Shown here: one piece after another, positions 1 to 11,325 of the stretch | Layout of the letters: each line of letters begins with the position of its first letter | Numbering within the stretch: position 1 is the stretch's first letter | From: a virus | Taxonomy: Duplodnaviria > Caudoviricetes | Length of the DNA stretch: 36,965 bases | Reading direction: 5' to 3' (one strand) | Virus record (IMG/VR): IMGVR_UViG_3300032277_000030 | Span: 1 to 36,965 of that record | Notes under the pieces: model-generated | What the model was told of the DNA's origin: nothing | The model's database searches: none | The model's input: only the letters and a program-made list of their open reading frames with translations | Position numbers and translations under genes: made by a program

Positions 1-2
1 AA

Positions 3-161
3 GAGAAGCCTCTTTATCTGCAATATGGTGAAGCAAAAGGTGATATTTTTAAAGCCCTTAAAGAATTGAATATTTTTGAAGGAAATTCATCAAAAACAGT
101 ACTACCAGAAGAGTTTTTAAATAATACAGGATATAACACACTTACTTTAGAGGAAGAATAA
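3..161 (+). CDS. 3' end of an upstream gene (5'-truncated), probably a virion/ejection protein
   Basis: Open frame from the window edge (EKPLYLQYGEAKGDIF...TLEEE) to TAA at 159-161, 4 nt before the next ATG. Confidence 0.7.
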   Translation, partial: EKPLYLQYGEAKGDIFKALKELNIFEGNSSKTVLPEEFLNNTGYNTLTLEEE

Positions 162-165
162 ATAA

Positions 166-3100
166 ATGGCCAATCCTTTTTTAGAAGATTTTTTAAAAGA
201 CCTCCAAGATATGGAACAAGAAAAAACATCTTTTGGTGGCACTGAGCAGGCATCTTTATTTTTACCAAGCCCTGAACAACCACAAGAAGAAAAGAATGTA
301 TTGTATGATATAATTGGCAGCTCTGCATGGGCGTTTGCTGATGAAGCTGCGTTTGGTGGACTCAGCTTAGGTGCATATGCATTAGATCAAGATGTATCTC
401 AGTTTGCACCACAAACATTGCCTGGGAAAATAGGTGCAGGTGTTGGTGCTTTAGGTGGCTTTGCATTAGGTGCTCCTTTAAAAGTAGGTAGTAAAATTCT
501 TACAACTGCAGCTAGGCCATTTTTGCAAAAAGCTGCTGCTGAGTTAGGTGAAGACATTGTAGTTAGCAGTGCTAAAACTATAGCTAAGAAAGCATCTAAA
601 GAAGCTGTTGATACAGGTTTAAGAAAAGAAATAGCAGATGATTTTACTAATCAGTATTTAAATTTATCTAATAGGTCTACATTTAATAAGGATATAGCTA
701 AAGACTTTGTGCTTAGGTCTAGCAAGTCAGTAGATGATTTAGCTGAGTCTTATGTTAAGTCTGGAAAGATGACAGCTGCTGAAGCTGATATAGCTAGGAA
801 TGTGTTTCAAAGAGACTTAACTAAGCGCCCTATACAAAACTTTAAAGATTTATGGGGTGCTCAAGGTCGTAACCCTTGGGTAGGCAATTTATTAGATGAA
901 GCGATTATGTTTACAGCTATTGATGCAATCAGGGAAGTTCCTGCAAGTATATCTCAAGAAAGACCTTACGACTTTATGATGCCTGTTATTGGTACTGTAG
1001 TTGGTGCAGGTTTTGGTGGAATTAAATTCTTAAATCCTGTAGGCAAGAGCTCAAACTTTAGAGTAGAAATGGCTGATGGTATTAGATCTGCATTTGGTAG
1101 AAATATATATGCAAATAAAAAGCCTAAAGAGCTAAAGAAACATGCTACATGGTTAGCTGGTCAAATGCAAGATAATGCTGATGAAATGCTTAAAACATCT
1201 AAGAGAGTTAATTTAAATGGTAAAGAGTATAAGTTAGATTTAATGATGCCTGATCAAGTATTTAGTGACTATGGTGATAAAATTGGTACAGCAGTATTAA
1301 GAAAAGGATTAGATCAGTACAGCAAGTCTTATGGTAAAGAATTATTAAAATGGTCTCTTAAAGAAGAATGGGGATCATTAACAGAGAATTGGTTTAGGAT
1401 GTTTGCTGGTGGTATGGTTATGAATGCACATGCATTATATCAAGTAGCAGTAAATGATGTTGAGTTATCAGCAGAAGATATGATACCTGGTATGCTTATT
1501 GGTGCATGGATGAATAGAAATGGTACACCTAGAGCTTTTGATTTAAATACAAGAACTAATAGAGTTAGAAAAAATCTACACATGCTTGGACATGATGTTA
1601 GAAACATGGTAGACATCCCTAGTTTTAGTCCCTATAATGCAGCGTATATGAACCCAATTAGTCAGAATGAAGCCTTACTTAAGGTTAGGAATAAAGCTGA
1701 AGAATTAGGCATAATAACGGACTCATATGAGCAATCTATAGCTAACATTGAAGACGGATCTACAAGTGTATTGTTTGAGCATCAATCAAGAGGCAATTAT
1801 GATGTATTTAATAGCTTTTATCATTTACTTGGAGGTCAAAAGAAGTTTATTAAAGGCCTAGATCAAATTAGCGTAGATGAAGCAAACTTATTGCAAAACT
1901 CTATTAAAGAGTTAAAATGGGATGCATTGAACAATAGATCTGTAGAAAATGCACAAGATTTATATCATGTAGTAGAAAGTATATCAGAAGGTGCTGCAGG
2001 TGTATTTGAAAAATCATTACTTAATACTTTAGTGGATATGAAGATAGATTTACCTGGATTGATTGCAGAGCTTGACCCTTCTATAGGCAGTGCAGGGTCT
2101 TTTCCAAAGAAATTTGGTATTCCCGAGGTAAGCCTAGATACAGGTTTGCCTACTTTATCTGAAATGGCAGAATCAGGAAGGCTTATATCTGGATTAGAAG
2201 GTGACGCTGCTATAAGAAGATTAAAAAATGTGGCATTAAAAGCTAATAGAATTATTGATGCATTAGAAACAACTAATAGAATTGAAAAAACAGACAAAGA
2301 ATTTAAGCTTACAAATAAAGATCAATTTGAAGCATTAAGCAATATAATTGATGGCTTTGAGTCAAAAGTTAATCAGTCTGTAGGTAGCAAAGAAGGCCTT
2401 GAATTTGACATATTGAAAAATATGGAAGATATGGAAACTGTAATGGTTGCTAATAGTGCAAAAACTTCTGCTAAAAATATCTCTACATTATTTGCACAGG
2501 GCTCTAAAAGCCATATTGAATTACAAACAGCATTAAAAAATGCAGGTATATTACATGGAGATAACCTAGTTGAGGGTGGATTAGTATCAATACCAGATTT
2601 AAGTTTACAGAGCATAGAAATTACTGGGGGCAGTGAAACTAAAATAGCTGAATCTAGAAGATCATTAGGTCAAGTATTAAGTATAATAAAAGCAAAAGCA
2701 CAATATACTAAAAGTGTTCCTGCTGAGCCTCTAAAGATAGATGTATCTCAAGTTGACAACCTTATGAGTTTCTTAGGCAAAACCGGCATGAAAACTAAAC
2801 CTTGGATTATGGATCAATGGAATGGTTATACATTAAGATATATAATGAATGAAAATATAGAAGGCTCAAATATAACTATGCAAGATATGAGTACTTTTAT
2901 GGATATTAGTTCTATAGAGGGATTAGATTTAGCTAAAGTTAGCCCTAAAGGTAGAGGCTTTGAAGCTAGAAGAATAGAAATGCCACCTTCTGATAATGAA
3001 GTACTTATAGCGCAAGTTGATCGATACAATACATTTATAGATAAGATAGTAAAAGATGGAAAAAGTGTTAAAGGGGGCTTAATATCTGAGGGAGACCCTC

Positions 3101-6100
3101 TTACTGTTGTTGGTCCTGATATGATGCATATAATAGACCAGAAGCTAGACTATTCTCATGCTGATGCGTTTACTTCTGCTAAGCAAGCTATTACAGATTT
3201 TACAAATTCAGTAAGTATAAATCAGCCAGCTTTTATAGAACAGATGAGAAGTTTCTCTAGCATGAATGCTGATTATGCTAAAAGGTTAGAAGGATGGTTA
3301 ATATCTTCTAAGGTTATAAGTAGAGAGAGGCCTGATGGATATATTAAATATAGGTTTAATGAGGACGGATTAACAGATGAAGTTATCGATTTATTAAAAG
3401 GCAAGATGAATTTATATGGAGTATCATATGACCATATAGACGCGCAGTATAAACAAAATAGAGAAGAGTATATGGAAATTATGGAAGAAACATATGCTCA
3501 GCCTCACGCAGATGGTAGCTTAACTCAAGATCAATTTTTTAATAAGTACTACGTAGATGAGGGAGGCAACTCTATACATCCTGATAAAATGAGCCAGGAT
3601 AATATATTAAGCCTAGTTAACCAGGTTAACCTTGACTTAGCAGCAAAAGGAATGGCTAAAAAGCTTAATGTAAGAGAATATGTAAGAGAAAACTTTAGAT
3701 TCCCAGTAAAAACAAATAAAGGAATAGAGTATAAGCTTGGCTCAGATTTAGATTTAAGAAGTGTAAAAAACAAAAATATGATTAGCGAAGCAATGGATCA
3801 TTTCTCTTCTATTATAAGCGCTAAAACTAATGCTACCGAAGGCCATTTAGTTATGTGGGATGGCGGAGCCTCTACTTTTAAAAAGATGCCAATGCAAAAA
3901 ACTAAGTTTACAGATGCTATGGAAAAGTATAACTTGCCTTTAATATTTATTAGTGGCAGTGGTGAAAATTTTGGTGGCTGGGGAACTAAAAGACAAAGGC
4001 GTAGAGTTAGTTTATTTGAAACTGATTCTAAATATTTAACTGATAAAGATAAGCAGATTATAAGAGCTAACAGATTAAACTTTGAAAAAGAGCTATCGGC
4101 TATTACAGATGTATATGGAAGAGTTTCTAAAGACCAATATGAAGAAGGCAGACTATCTTTATCTAGTACAGACAATCCTGGAGTAGATATATTTGTTATT
4201 GCAGACAAGATACAGCCTGTTGGTATTGGAAGGTCTAATTTACCATTATTAACAGAAGCATATGAAAGTTTATTTAAGAAGGTAAAAAGTAGCCTTGGTG
4301 ATAGTAAAGCAAAAGAGATGCAAGATAATATAGACTCTATGAAACGTTCCCCAAATATGAAAACAGGAGCTCATGAACAAGCATTAAGGCAGTTGTTATT
4401 TTCTGAGATTAGCATAGAGGGTAATGATTATTCTGGATTTGCTAGCCTAATGAATGATGTAGATTTTGGCGATAATGGCAACATAGGCAAGATATCTAAG
4501 CGCTTATCACTATTTCATACTCCTAATTTTAAAAAGTTAAATACTATTATAACTGAAGGTGCAGCAAGAAATTCTAATGATACTAGGATTATAGAAAAAT
4601 ACACTAAAAGATTAGATAATAAAGTTAGAGTTGCTATACTTGATGATGACAAGAATAATTCTAATTTTTCTATTAAGCAAAGACTTAAAAAGCAGTTTGA
4701 AGATAAGTATGGAGATAAAGAAGGAGCAACTAGATTTGATAATTTCTGGGCTAATGAGTTGCATGGTAGAAGTGATGAGACTAGATTAGACAGTGTAAGT
4801 TTCTTATCTAGGGATATGATGCGTTATTTTTCTTTAGGCACAGGTAGAGCTGCTGCAGATGAAACTCAGCTGTTTAAGCCTGTTATATCATCTACAGGAG
4901 ATGTTTTACTTTTAGGCAAAACTGTATTCGTTCATGACCCTGATCTAGAGTCTTTCTTTAAAACTCAAGGATTAGACATATTAACTACAGGATCAGCATC
5001 AAAGGTTGTTGGTGCAGGCTGGAATAAATTACAATCTGATCAACTGACAGACAGAAGTGCTGATATATCTAGCTCTATAAGACAGATTGATATGGATAAT
5101 ATAAGAATTAAGCAAGACAGGGTACATACGGAAGACACTGCAAAGCAATCGCAATCTGCATTTAACTATATGTCTAGTGCAGAAGCAGAAGTAATGTTCA
5201 ATGAAGGCTATGCTACTCAGTTAAATAATAACTTAGAAGCTATGAATCAAGTTTTTAATAATCCTGACATGAGAAAGATGTTTTTTGATCAAACAGCATT
5301 TGAAGACCAGTCTATACAATCTATGTTTGAAGGCGGAGAAGGTGGAGCTGTGCTTGGAAGTGCTAAGTTTGCAGCCTCTAACGGCATGGACCCTTTAGAG
5401 CTGGGAGAAAGGCTATTTGCAAGTCAGCTATACAGAAAGTTTGTTGACCCTATTGTGAATAAAAAGGCAGAAATTAACGGAAGTAGGTATGGTGGTAAAG
5501 CAGTATTAATGCAGTCTTTAACAGGGGATACTAATCTTAGAGCTACTATAGTAGAAGATGGAACACTTACACAATACGGTCAAGTTGTGCTGCCTGAATA
5601 TGAAATAGATTCTAAGCTTTCTGCTATAAAAGAGCAAACAGGTATGAGCATTAAAGTGATCAGAACTTCAGATCAAAAAGTATTAGATATTTCAGAGTTG
5701 CCTTTAATAAGAGGCTCAAAAAATGTTGGTACTAAAAATCCTTTAAGCAAAGAAGAGTTATCTGAAATGACTTTAGGGCACTTGCATAAATTAGTTAATA
5801 CAGGTGGTGAATATGAAGTTGCTATTGTTACTAATAGATACCCTCGCACAAGGCCAAATGACATGGCTGTTTTAGGCTTAAAAGGCTTTTTAACTAAAGA
5901 CCATGGTAATGCTATGATTGTCAATGAAATGGACGTATTAAACATATTTGAAGGTGATTATGATGTAGATAAAAATGATTACTATTTTATGCAATCAGAT
6001 CAAATGTTTAAGCATATAGAAAATAGAATGCCTTCATGGGCTCAAGGAATTGATGTTGATCAGTTTGCAGGTAATATAGAAAACTTATCTTTATCTGGAA

Positions 6101-8562
6101 CAGCAAGAACTAGTAATATGGCATGGAGTCAACAATTAGGTAATGCTAGTACTCTTAAAAAAGGTATTGGAGTAACACAAAAACTACACAGAACTTTAAA
6201 CTGGATAAGAGATTTAGCCGAACAGAAGGTAATTAATAAAGATACAGGAGAAACTGAATACGTTTTACTCCAAAAAGAAGATGGTAGCCGTATAGTTATG
6301 GACTATGACAATAAAGATTGGTGGCATAGGGCTGTTTTAGAAACTCAAGCTATCATTGATGCAGGTACATCTACTAGCTCTAATCTTATTAATGAAAACA
6401 TGAGAGATTATAGAGATGATTTCTTATTTCCATTAAGAGAAGAAAGTCATTCTTATTTAGAAAAGTTATCTTCTGATACAAATAGAATAGGTTTCTTAAG
6501 AGATGTTGCTAAGCAAACTCCTGGAACAAAAAGAATTAGATTGTTTAGAAAGCTAAATGCAGACGGAACGGAAACTAGTGATTTATCTGGAGTTGATAAA
6601 GATATAATAAAAACATTACTTGACCAATATTCTAAGTTTATTAGTATTGGCTCTACTATATTTGATAAAACAGGGAATGGCAAAAAACCAGGATACCATG
6701 ATGTTATGGATATATCTGAAGAATATTTTACCTTTATGCAAAACTATGGAAAAGGTGGAGATATGAGTAGAAGGATGTTTTATAAATTGTTAGGAACTCA
6801 TGGTAATAATGCTGAGTTTGCACAATACTTTGGTAAAGATAAAACAGACGCCTACAATAAGGACGATAAAGAAATTCCTTCTTATCCTATTAATACTAGA
6901 AGTCCTTTTCCTGAAGCTATGCTTAATAAAGCTGATAAAATTGCTAGAGGGAAGCATGGCAATGTATTAGATAGAATGATGAATAAAGTTAGAGCAAGAG
7001 ATCCTTTAGGGATAAATGAATACAAAGCATTTAATCAAGCTGATTTAATATTTATGGATGAAGCTAGTAATAGGTTTATGGAAAATCCAGAACATAAGCA
7101 GCAATTTAACGAAGACGTATTAGCATATACTCAAGATGTAAATAAAAAGATTAGCCAGATAAGATACTTAAAAAGAAGGTTTGGGTTTATTAATAATATG
7201 AAAGTTAGTGCTGGTAGAAAGCAAGAGCTTAAAAATGACTTAAACGAAACAATAAGAAGTATAGAAGCTACAATAGCTGATGCTCTTCCTGATAAGTATA
7301 AAAAAACATTTAAAGGTGAAGATCTAAAAGCAGGGTATATAAAGATTGTTGACTTGCAAAGTAATAAAGAAATGCAAAATGCTGCTGTTCAATTATATGC
7401 AATGGATGCGATTGCACGAATTAATGACTCTACTCCTGCAATGAAATCTAAGATTCAAGACCTACACCATCTTGAGAGAAGAATGTTTGGGGATATGAAT
7501 GATCTTTCTCATACTCAAGAATATGGAGATGCTACAGTAGTTAGTGACAGAATTAATCAGTATTTAAAGTCTGCTAAGCTAGATTACAATAACATAGAAT
7601 CAGTAATTAGCGATATGATACGATCTGGTGTAAGAGAGCATGGACTGCACTTTTTATGGCATTATGCTAATCCCAAAAAGAATGCTTCTGCGGTAGGTGT
7701 ATTTAACAATCAAGTAATCCCTGTACCTTATTCTGGAAATGGAAGAATGAAAAGGGTGATAAGACACTTAGCTGACATGGCGCAAAACCCCCAAGCAGGA
7801 TCAGATCCTGATGCTTTAAATGCGTTTAGAGCACTAGGCTCTGTTGTAGGACATTATAGAAATTACTTTAATAAAAATTGGGAATACTTATCTCAAGACC
7901 CTATTATTAATGATCAGATATCTTATCTTAGTAAGCCTTCTCAAAACAGTCCTGACGGCTTAACATATGAGCACTTAAAGTTTCCTAGCTTTAGTAGTAG
8001 ATTTGAGTCAGGATTAGATGGATTTAAAGCATATAAATGGAAAAAACATGCAGATGTAGATGACCCATTTAAAACGCAAGTAGATATGCCTGTCATGTCT
8101 TTTTATAAGCAATTTTTCGAATTACACGGAAAGGGTGCAGAGTTTGATCAGTATGTAAATCAAAAATCTGTATTACATAAAGAACTTGAATCTAATAGGA
8201 TTATTGACCCTATGAGATATCTAGCTATGGTTTCTAATCTAGATACAGAATTGCATAATTTTGCTAAGAATAAATATGCAGGAGCTGTAGTTGATGAGGG
8301 AGGACAGGCTAAAGTATGGAGTATGGATCAGATAAAAGATAAAGATGCTATGAGAGGAAATATAATATATGCATTAATGGGTGGTAATAAACACTTTAAA
8401 ACACTTACATTAGCACCTGAGTCTAAGCGTACAAAACGTGACTTATCTTCTGCAGCTGAGTTTGGAAAGTTTGGACAAACAGTTATAGAAAAGGTTCCAG
8501 AAGGTACTATGGATAATTTAAAAAGTAGCTTTATGCATTGCACTGTAAAGGGAAATAAATAA
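166..8562 (+). CDS. Giant virion protein with a two-barrel (DPBB) RNA polymerase catalytic core; probable virion-packaged RNA polymerase
   Basis: 2798 aa. NRYPR (aa 1890-1894) is followed about 40 aa later by GDYDVDK (DxDxD, aa 1931-1935), as in RxP...DFDID/DFDGD polymerases. Upstream LDSVSFLS...FKP...GKT...SASK resembles second-barrel motifs. Gly-rich hydrophobic N-terminal segments are typical of ejected proteins. Confidence 0.8.
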   Translation: MANPFLEDFLKDLQDMEQEKTSFGGTEQASLFLPSPEQPQEEKNVLYDIIGSSAWAFADEAAFGGLSLGAYALDQDVSQFAPQTLPGKIGAGVGALGGFALGAPLKVGSKILTTAARPFLQKAAAELGEDIVVSSAKTIAKKASKEAVDTGLRKEIADDFTNQYLNLSNRSTFNKDIAKDFVLRSSKSVDDLAESYVKSGKMTAAEADIARNVFQRDLTKRPIQNFKDLWGAQGRNPWVGNLLDEAIMFTAIDAIREVPASISQERPYDFMMPVIGTVVGAGFGGIKFLNPVGKSSNFRVEMADGIRSAFGRNIYANKKPKELKKHATWLAGQMQDNADEMLKTSKRVNLNGKEYKLDLMMPDQVFSDYGDKIGTAVLRKGLDQYSKSYGKELLKWSLKEEWGSLTENWFRMFAGGMVMNAHALYQVAVNDVELSAEDMIPGMLIGAWMNRNGTPRAFDLNTRTNRVRKNLHMLGHDVRNMVDIPSFSPYNAAYMNPISQNEALLKVRNKAEELGIITDSYEQSIANIEDGSTSVLFEHQSRGNYDVFNSFYHLLGGQKKFIKGLDQISVDEANLLQNSIKELKWDALNNRSVENAQDLYHVVESISEGAAGVFEKSLLNTLVDMKIDLPGLIAELDPSIGSAGSFPKKFGIPEVSLDTGLPTLSEMAESGRLISGLEGDAAIRRLKNVALKANRIIDALETTNRIEKTDKEFKLTNKDQFEALSNIIDGFESKVNQSVGSKEGLEFDILKNMEDMETVMVANSAKTSAKNISTLFAQGSKSHIELQTALKNAGILHGDNLVEGGLVSIPDLSLQSIEITGGSETKIAESRRSLGQVLSIIKAKAQYTKSVPAEPLKIDVSQVDNLMSFLGKTGMKTKPWIMDQWNGYTLRYIMNENIEGSNITMQDMSTFMDISSIEGLDLAKVSPKGRGFEARRIEMPPSDNEVLIAQVDRYNTFIDKIVKDGKSVKGGLISEGDPLTVVGPDMMHIIDQKLDYSHADAFTSAKQAITDFTNSVSINQPAFIEQMRSFSSMNADYAKRLEGWLISSKVISRERPDGYIKYRFNEDGLTDEVIDLLKGKMNLYGVSYDHIDAQYKQNREEYMEIMEETYAQPHADGSLTQDQFFNKYYVDEGGNSIHPDKMSQDNILSLVNQVNLDLAAKGMAKKLNVREYVRENFRFPVKTNKGIEYKLGSDLDLRSVKNKNMISEAMDHFSSIISAKTNATEGHLVMWDGGASTFKKMPMQKTKFTDAMEKYNLPLIFISGSGENFGGWGTKRQRRRVSLFETDSKYLTDKDKQIIRANRLNFEKELSAITDVYGRVSKDQYEEGRLSLSSTDNPGVDIFVIADKIQPVGIGRSNLPLLTEAYESLFKKVKSSLGDSKAKEMQDNIDSMKRSPNMKTGAHEQALRQLLFSEISIEGNDYSGFASLMNDVDFGDNGNIGKISKRLSLFHTPNFKKLNTIITEGAARNSNDTRIIEKYTKRLDNKVRVAILDDDKNNSNFSIKQRLKKQFEDKYGDKEGATRFDNFWANELHGRSDETRLDSVSFLSRDMMRYFSLGTGRAAADETQLFKPVISSTGDVLLLGKTVFVHDPDLESFFKTQGLDILTTGSASKVVGAGWNKLQSDQLTDRSADISSSIRQIDMDNIRIKQDRVHTEDTAKQSQSAFNYMSSAEAEVMFNEGYATQLNNNLEAMNQVFNNPDMRKMFFDQTAFEDQSIQSMFEGGEGGAVLGSAKFAASNGMDPLELGERLFASQLYRKFVDPIVNKKAEINGSRYGGKAVLMQSLTGDTNLRATIVEDGTLTQYGQVVLPEYEIDSKLSAIKEQTGMSIKVIRTSDQKVLDISELPLIRGSKNVGTKNPLSKEELSEMTLGHLHKLVNTGGEYEVAIVTNRYPRTRPNDMAVLGLKGFLTKDHGNAMIVNEMDVLNIFEGDYDVDKNDYYFMQSDQMFKHIENRMPSWAQGIDVDQFAGNIENLSLSGTARTSNMAWSQQLGNASTLKKGIGVTQKLHRTLNWIRDLAEQKVINKDTGETEYVLLQKEDGSRIVMDYDNKDWWHRAVLETQAIIDAGTSTSSNLINENMRDYRDDFLFPLREESHSYLEKLSSDTNRIGFLRDVAKQTPGTKRIRLFRKLNADGTETSDLSGVDKDIIKTLLDQYSKFISIGSTIFDKTGNGKKPGYHDVMDISEEYFTFMQNYGKGGDMSRRMFYKLLGTHGNNAEFAQYFGKDKTDAYNKDDKEIPSYPINTRSPFPEAMLNKADKIARGKHGNVLDRMMNKVRARDPLGINEYKAFNQADLIFMDEASNRFMENPEHKQQFNEDVLAYTQDVNKKISQIRYLKRRFGFINNMKVSAGRKQELKNDLNETIRSIEATIADALPDKYKKTFKGEDLKAGYIKIVDLQSNKEMQNAAVQLYAMDAIARINDSTPAMKSKIQDLHHLERRMFGDMNDLSHTQEYGDATVVSDRINQYLKSAKLDYNNIESVISDMIRSGVREHGLHFLWHYANPKKNASAVGVFNNQVIPVPYSGNGRMKRVIRHLADMAQNPQAGSDPDALNAFRALGSVVGHYRNYFNKNWEYLSQDPIINDQISYLSKPSQNSPDGLTYEHLKFPSFSSRFESGLDGFKAYKWKKHADVDDPFKTQVDMPVMSFYKQFFELHGKGAEFDQYVNQKSVLHKELESNRIIDPMRYLAMVSNLDTELHNFAKNKYAGAVVDEGGQAKVWSMDQIKDKDAMRGNIIYALMGGNKHFKTLTLAPESKRTKRDLSSAAEFGKFGQTVIEKVPEGTMDNLKSSFMHCTVKGNK

Positions 8563-11294
8563 TGAGAGCTAATTGCGATTTTTCAGAACATGTATCACTA
8601 GTATTTGAAGCATGGGATAAATTTAAAGGTAATAAAAAAGTAAAAGAATACTTTAAAGATCCGGATGAAGCATTTGTAAGTTTGTTGCAAAATGAATTTA
8701 AAATGAGCCCTGAAAACCTAATGTATCAAAATACTGTAAGTAAAGGTAGGATGAGAGGATTTCAAAAAAGACTAGACACTCTTGTAAGGAATGTAGAAAA
8801 AGGTAAGGTTTCTAGTAAAATGGCTGAAATGTTTTATACGCCTAGCTCTTTTGCAAATACAGACCCTACAATAAGCAAGTTATTAAATGATTACATACAT
8901 ACATCTCATACATATCAGGGTACACAAAAAAGAAATACAGACTTTCAAGCAAAGATTAAAAGAGAAATAATTAAAGAAGCTTCTGCCAGAGGTTTAATGT
9001 CTAATGGTTTAGTAGAGTTTGGTAAAAAGATTACATTTAGAACTGCAGAAGACAAAATACGTCGCAATGAAGAAACAATGAATAAGCTTGCAGTTGAAGC
9101 TCAAAATGGAAATCAAGATTCAGAAGCTAAGTTTAGAGAGTTGGTAAAAAAAGAAGATCGACTAATAGCAGATACAGAGGCAGGAGTTTATGCTGAACTT
9201 ATAGGATACATAGAAGGCCCAGAAGGTGTATCTAGGCTAGTAGATGATAGGTTGCTAAAAGAAGATAAAAAATTATATACAAAAAATAGAAGAACAGGGA
9301 ATGATAAATATCTTTTAAAGCGTGAAGACTTTACAAAACTCTTAGATAAAAATGGCAAGCCTATATCTAGTAGAATGGCTAATGCGCTTAATGATTATAC
9401 AATGCTTACAGAAGATTTATATTGGGATCTTAAAAATGGTGTAGACTCTTATGTAGAAACTATTATAGAGGGGCAAAGAGGCAAGACTAAAGATCAAATT
9501 AATAGCATGAGAGAAAGACTTTATGAAAAACTAATGCCTAGCCCACAAAAAGGTTTTTATCCTCACTTTAGAAGAGGATTGAATATTGACTTTATGGATG
9601 GATTAATGGGCAAGTTAGAAGATTTAGTGTTAGCATCTAACAAGCATTTTAATACAGAAATGTCAATGCAGTCAGCAATAGATAACGTTAATGGGTTTAT
9701 AACAGGACACGCTAGAGCTAGAGAAACAGATATATCTCCTAATGATTATTCATACAATTTTAATAGAGTTATTAGTTCGTATTCATCTAATGTAGCCAGG
9801 TTTAACTATATAAATAGAATAAACTACAATACTAAAAAAACAATGACGCAGCTAGAAAATCTATATAAAGATGGTAATTATGAAGGTGGATATGGTGAGT
9901 CTGTTATGGAGTTTATACAAGATTTACACAAGTCTGCTACTGGCTATGATCAAATTAAAAATCCAGCTATAAATAATATGCTAAGAACTGTGTTGGGCTT
10001 TGAGTTTATAAGTAAGATTGGGTTTAATCCTAGATCCGCTATTAGAAATATGTCTCAGTCTTTAATGAATTTAGTTGAGTGGAGTCCTATACAGATAAAA
10101 GAATCTAATGCATTTTTTAAAGATGCAGCAAGAATGGCAGATGTAAATGAGCAAATGGAATCTATTGGTATTTTATTTAAAGATGATGCTCCAGAACTAC
10201 AAGAGTCTATGGGAAGAACTCCAGGAGGCTTTTCTTCTGTTAGATACAACGATCAGACAGGTAAGCTAGAGCATATACCTATTACAACATTAGAAAAAAC
10301 TTCAGGTATCGCTAATTCTATTGCTGGCACTGCTGGTAAAATGACAGGAGCTATAGAAAACTTTAACAGGAAGACTACATTTAAAATAGCGTATGCACAA
10401 ATGTACAAGTCTCTTGACAACAATAACTTCTATGAAATGCAAAAAGATTTATATTTAAAGAAGCTTAAAAATCCTGAAAATGCTAGTGGGTCAAAAATTG
10501 ATGCTGCTGTAGAGTCTGCTAAAACAGATGCCGCTAAAAAATACGCTATTAACATGACTGTAGGAATGCATTTTGATTACAATGCTTTTTCTAAGTCTAA
10601 AGTATTAAGAACTAAAGTAGGCAGTGTAGTAGGCCAGTTTCAACACTATTCATTTAAGTTTTTTGAAAAGAACGCAGAAGTACTTAGAAATGCAAAAAAT
10701 GATATCATGGTTGGTGATGTTAACGGTAATGATGCATGGAAGCTTTATAGATTAGGTATAGTATACTTTATGGCTCCAGCTATTGCAAGTGCCATAACAG
10801 GTATTGATATAGGTAATATAGTAGAGCATGATCCTGCATCTAAATTAAAAAAACTAGCATTAGGGTTTACTGGCGATCCTAGCTCAGAAGAATATAAAAG
10901 AGCATTCTTTAATAAAGGCCCTGTAATGGGTACTATAGGTGCTCCTGCTTTAAGTACACTATTAAACTTTGGCATGATGACTGAGCTTATCAATATGGAT
11001 GAAGATAATATTCTATCCTTAATGGCTGGTTATGATGATGCATATGCTAATGAGCTAAGTAATCAATATAAAAAAGATAAGCTTTATGCTGTATCTAAGT
11101 TGTTAAATACTGGATTAAATAGAATTGCATATAGACATTTACCTCAGTTAGCTAAAGGTAATATTGGTTGGGTTGCTCAGAGTGAGCTTGGCTTATATCC
11201 TACTGCTGAAGCCAAAAAGAAACAAAATTTAGTTAAAGGCCTAAGCCCAGAAATGTTTAAAGCATTAGAAGCGTTAGAAAAGAAGGGGCGTTAA
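8562..11294 (+). CDS. Large internal virion/ejection protein
   Basis: 910 aa, translationally coupled (TAATG) to the RNAP gene. Helical composition. Motifs GFYPH, GFNPRSAIRNMSQ, ENFNR and HFDY...QFQHY resemble podovirus internal/polyvalent virion proteins. Confidence 0.6.
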   Translation: MRANCDFSEHVSLVFEAWDKFKGNKKVKEYFKDPDEAFVSLLQNEFKMSPENLMYQNTVSKGRMRGFQKRLDTLVRNVEKGKVSSKMAEMFYTPSSFANTDPTISKLLNDYIHTSHTYQGTQKRNTDFQAKIKREIIKEASARGLMSNGLVEFGKKITFRTAEDKIRRNEETMNKLAVEAQNGNQDSEAKFRELVKKEDRLIADTEAGVYAELIGYIEGPEGVSRLVDDRLLKEDKKLYTKNRRTGNDKYLLKREDFTKLLDKNGKPISSRMANALNDYTMLTEDLYWDLKNGVDSYVETIIEGQRGKTKDQINSMRERLYEKLMPSPQKGFYPHFRRGLNIDFMDGLMGKLEDLVLASNKHFNTEMSMQSAIDNVNGFITGHARARETDISPNDYSYNFNRVISSYSSNVARFNYINRINYNTKKTMTQLENLYKDGNYEGGYGESVMEFIQDLHKSATGYDQIKNPAINNMLRTVLGFEFISKIGFNPRSAIRNMSQSLMNLVEWSPIQIKESNAFFKDAARMADVNEQMESIGILFKDDAPELQESMGRTPGGFSSVRYNDQTGKLEHIPITTLEKTSGIANSIAGTAGKMTGAIENFNRKTTFKIAYAQMYKSLDNNNFYEMQKDLYLKKLKNPENASGSKIDAAVESAKTDAAKKYAINMTVGMHFDYNAFSKSKVLRTKVGSVVGQFQHYSFKFFEKNAEVLRNAKNDIMVGDVNGNDAWKLYRLGIVYFMAPAIASAITGIDIGNIVEHDPASKLKKLALGFTGDPSSEEYKRAFFNKGPVMGTIGAPALSTLLNFGMMTELINMDEDNILSLMAGYDDAYANELSNQYKKDKLYAVSKLLNTGLNRIAYRHLPQLAKGNIGWVAQSELGLYPTAEAKKKQNLVKGLSPEMFKALEALEKKGR

Positions 11295-11299
11295 CCCCT
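11284..11299. terminator. Hairpin at the convergence of the two transcription blocks
   Basis: AGGGG-CGTTAA-CCCCT overlapping the stop of the 910-aa gene. CTTTTTC follows closely on the minus strand. Confidence 0.45.
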
Positions 11300-11325
11300 C
11301 CTATTCCGTAGTTAGCTTTCATTTA

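Noticed and set aside
1965-10993. Minus-strand ORFs inside the two large virion genes
   Set aside because: Antisense shadows of long coding frames with no recognisable motifs.
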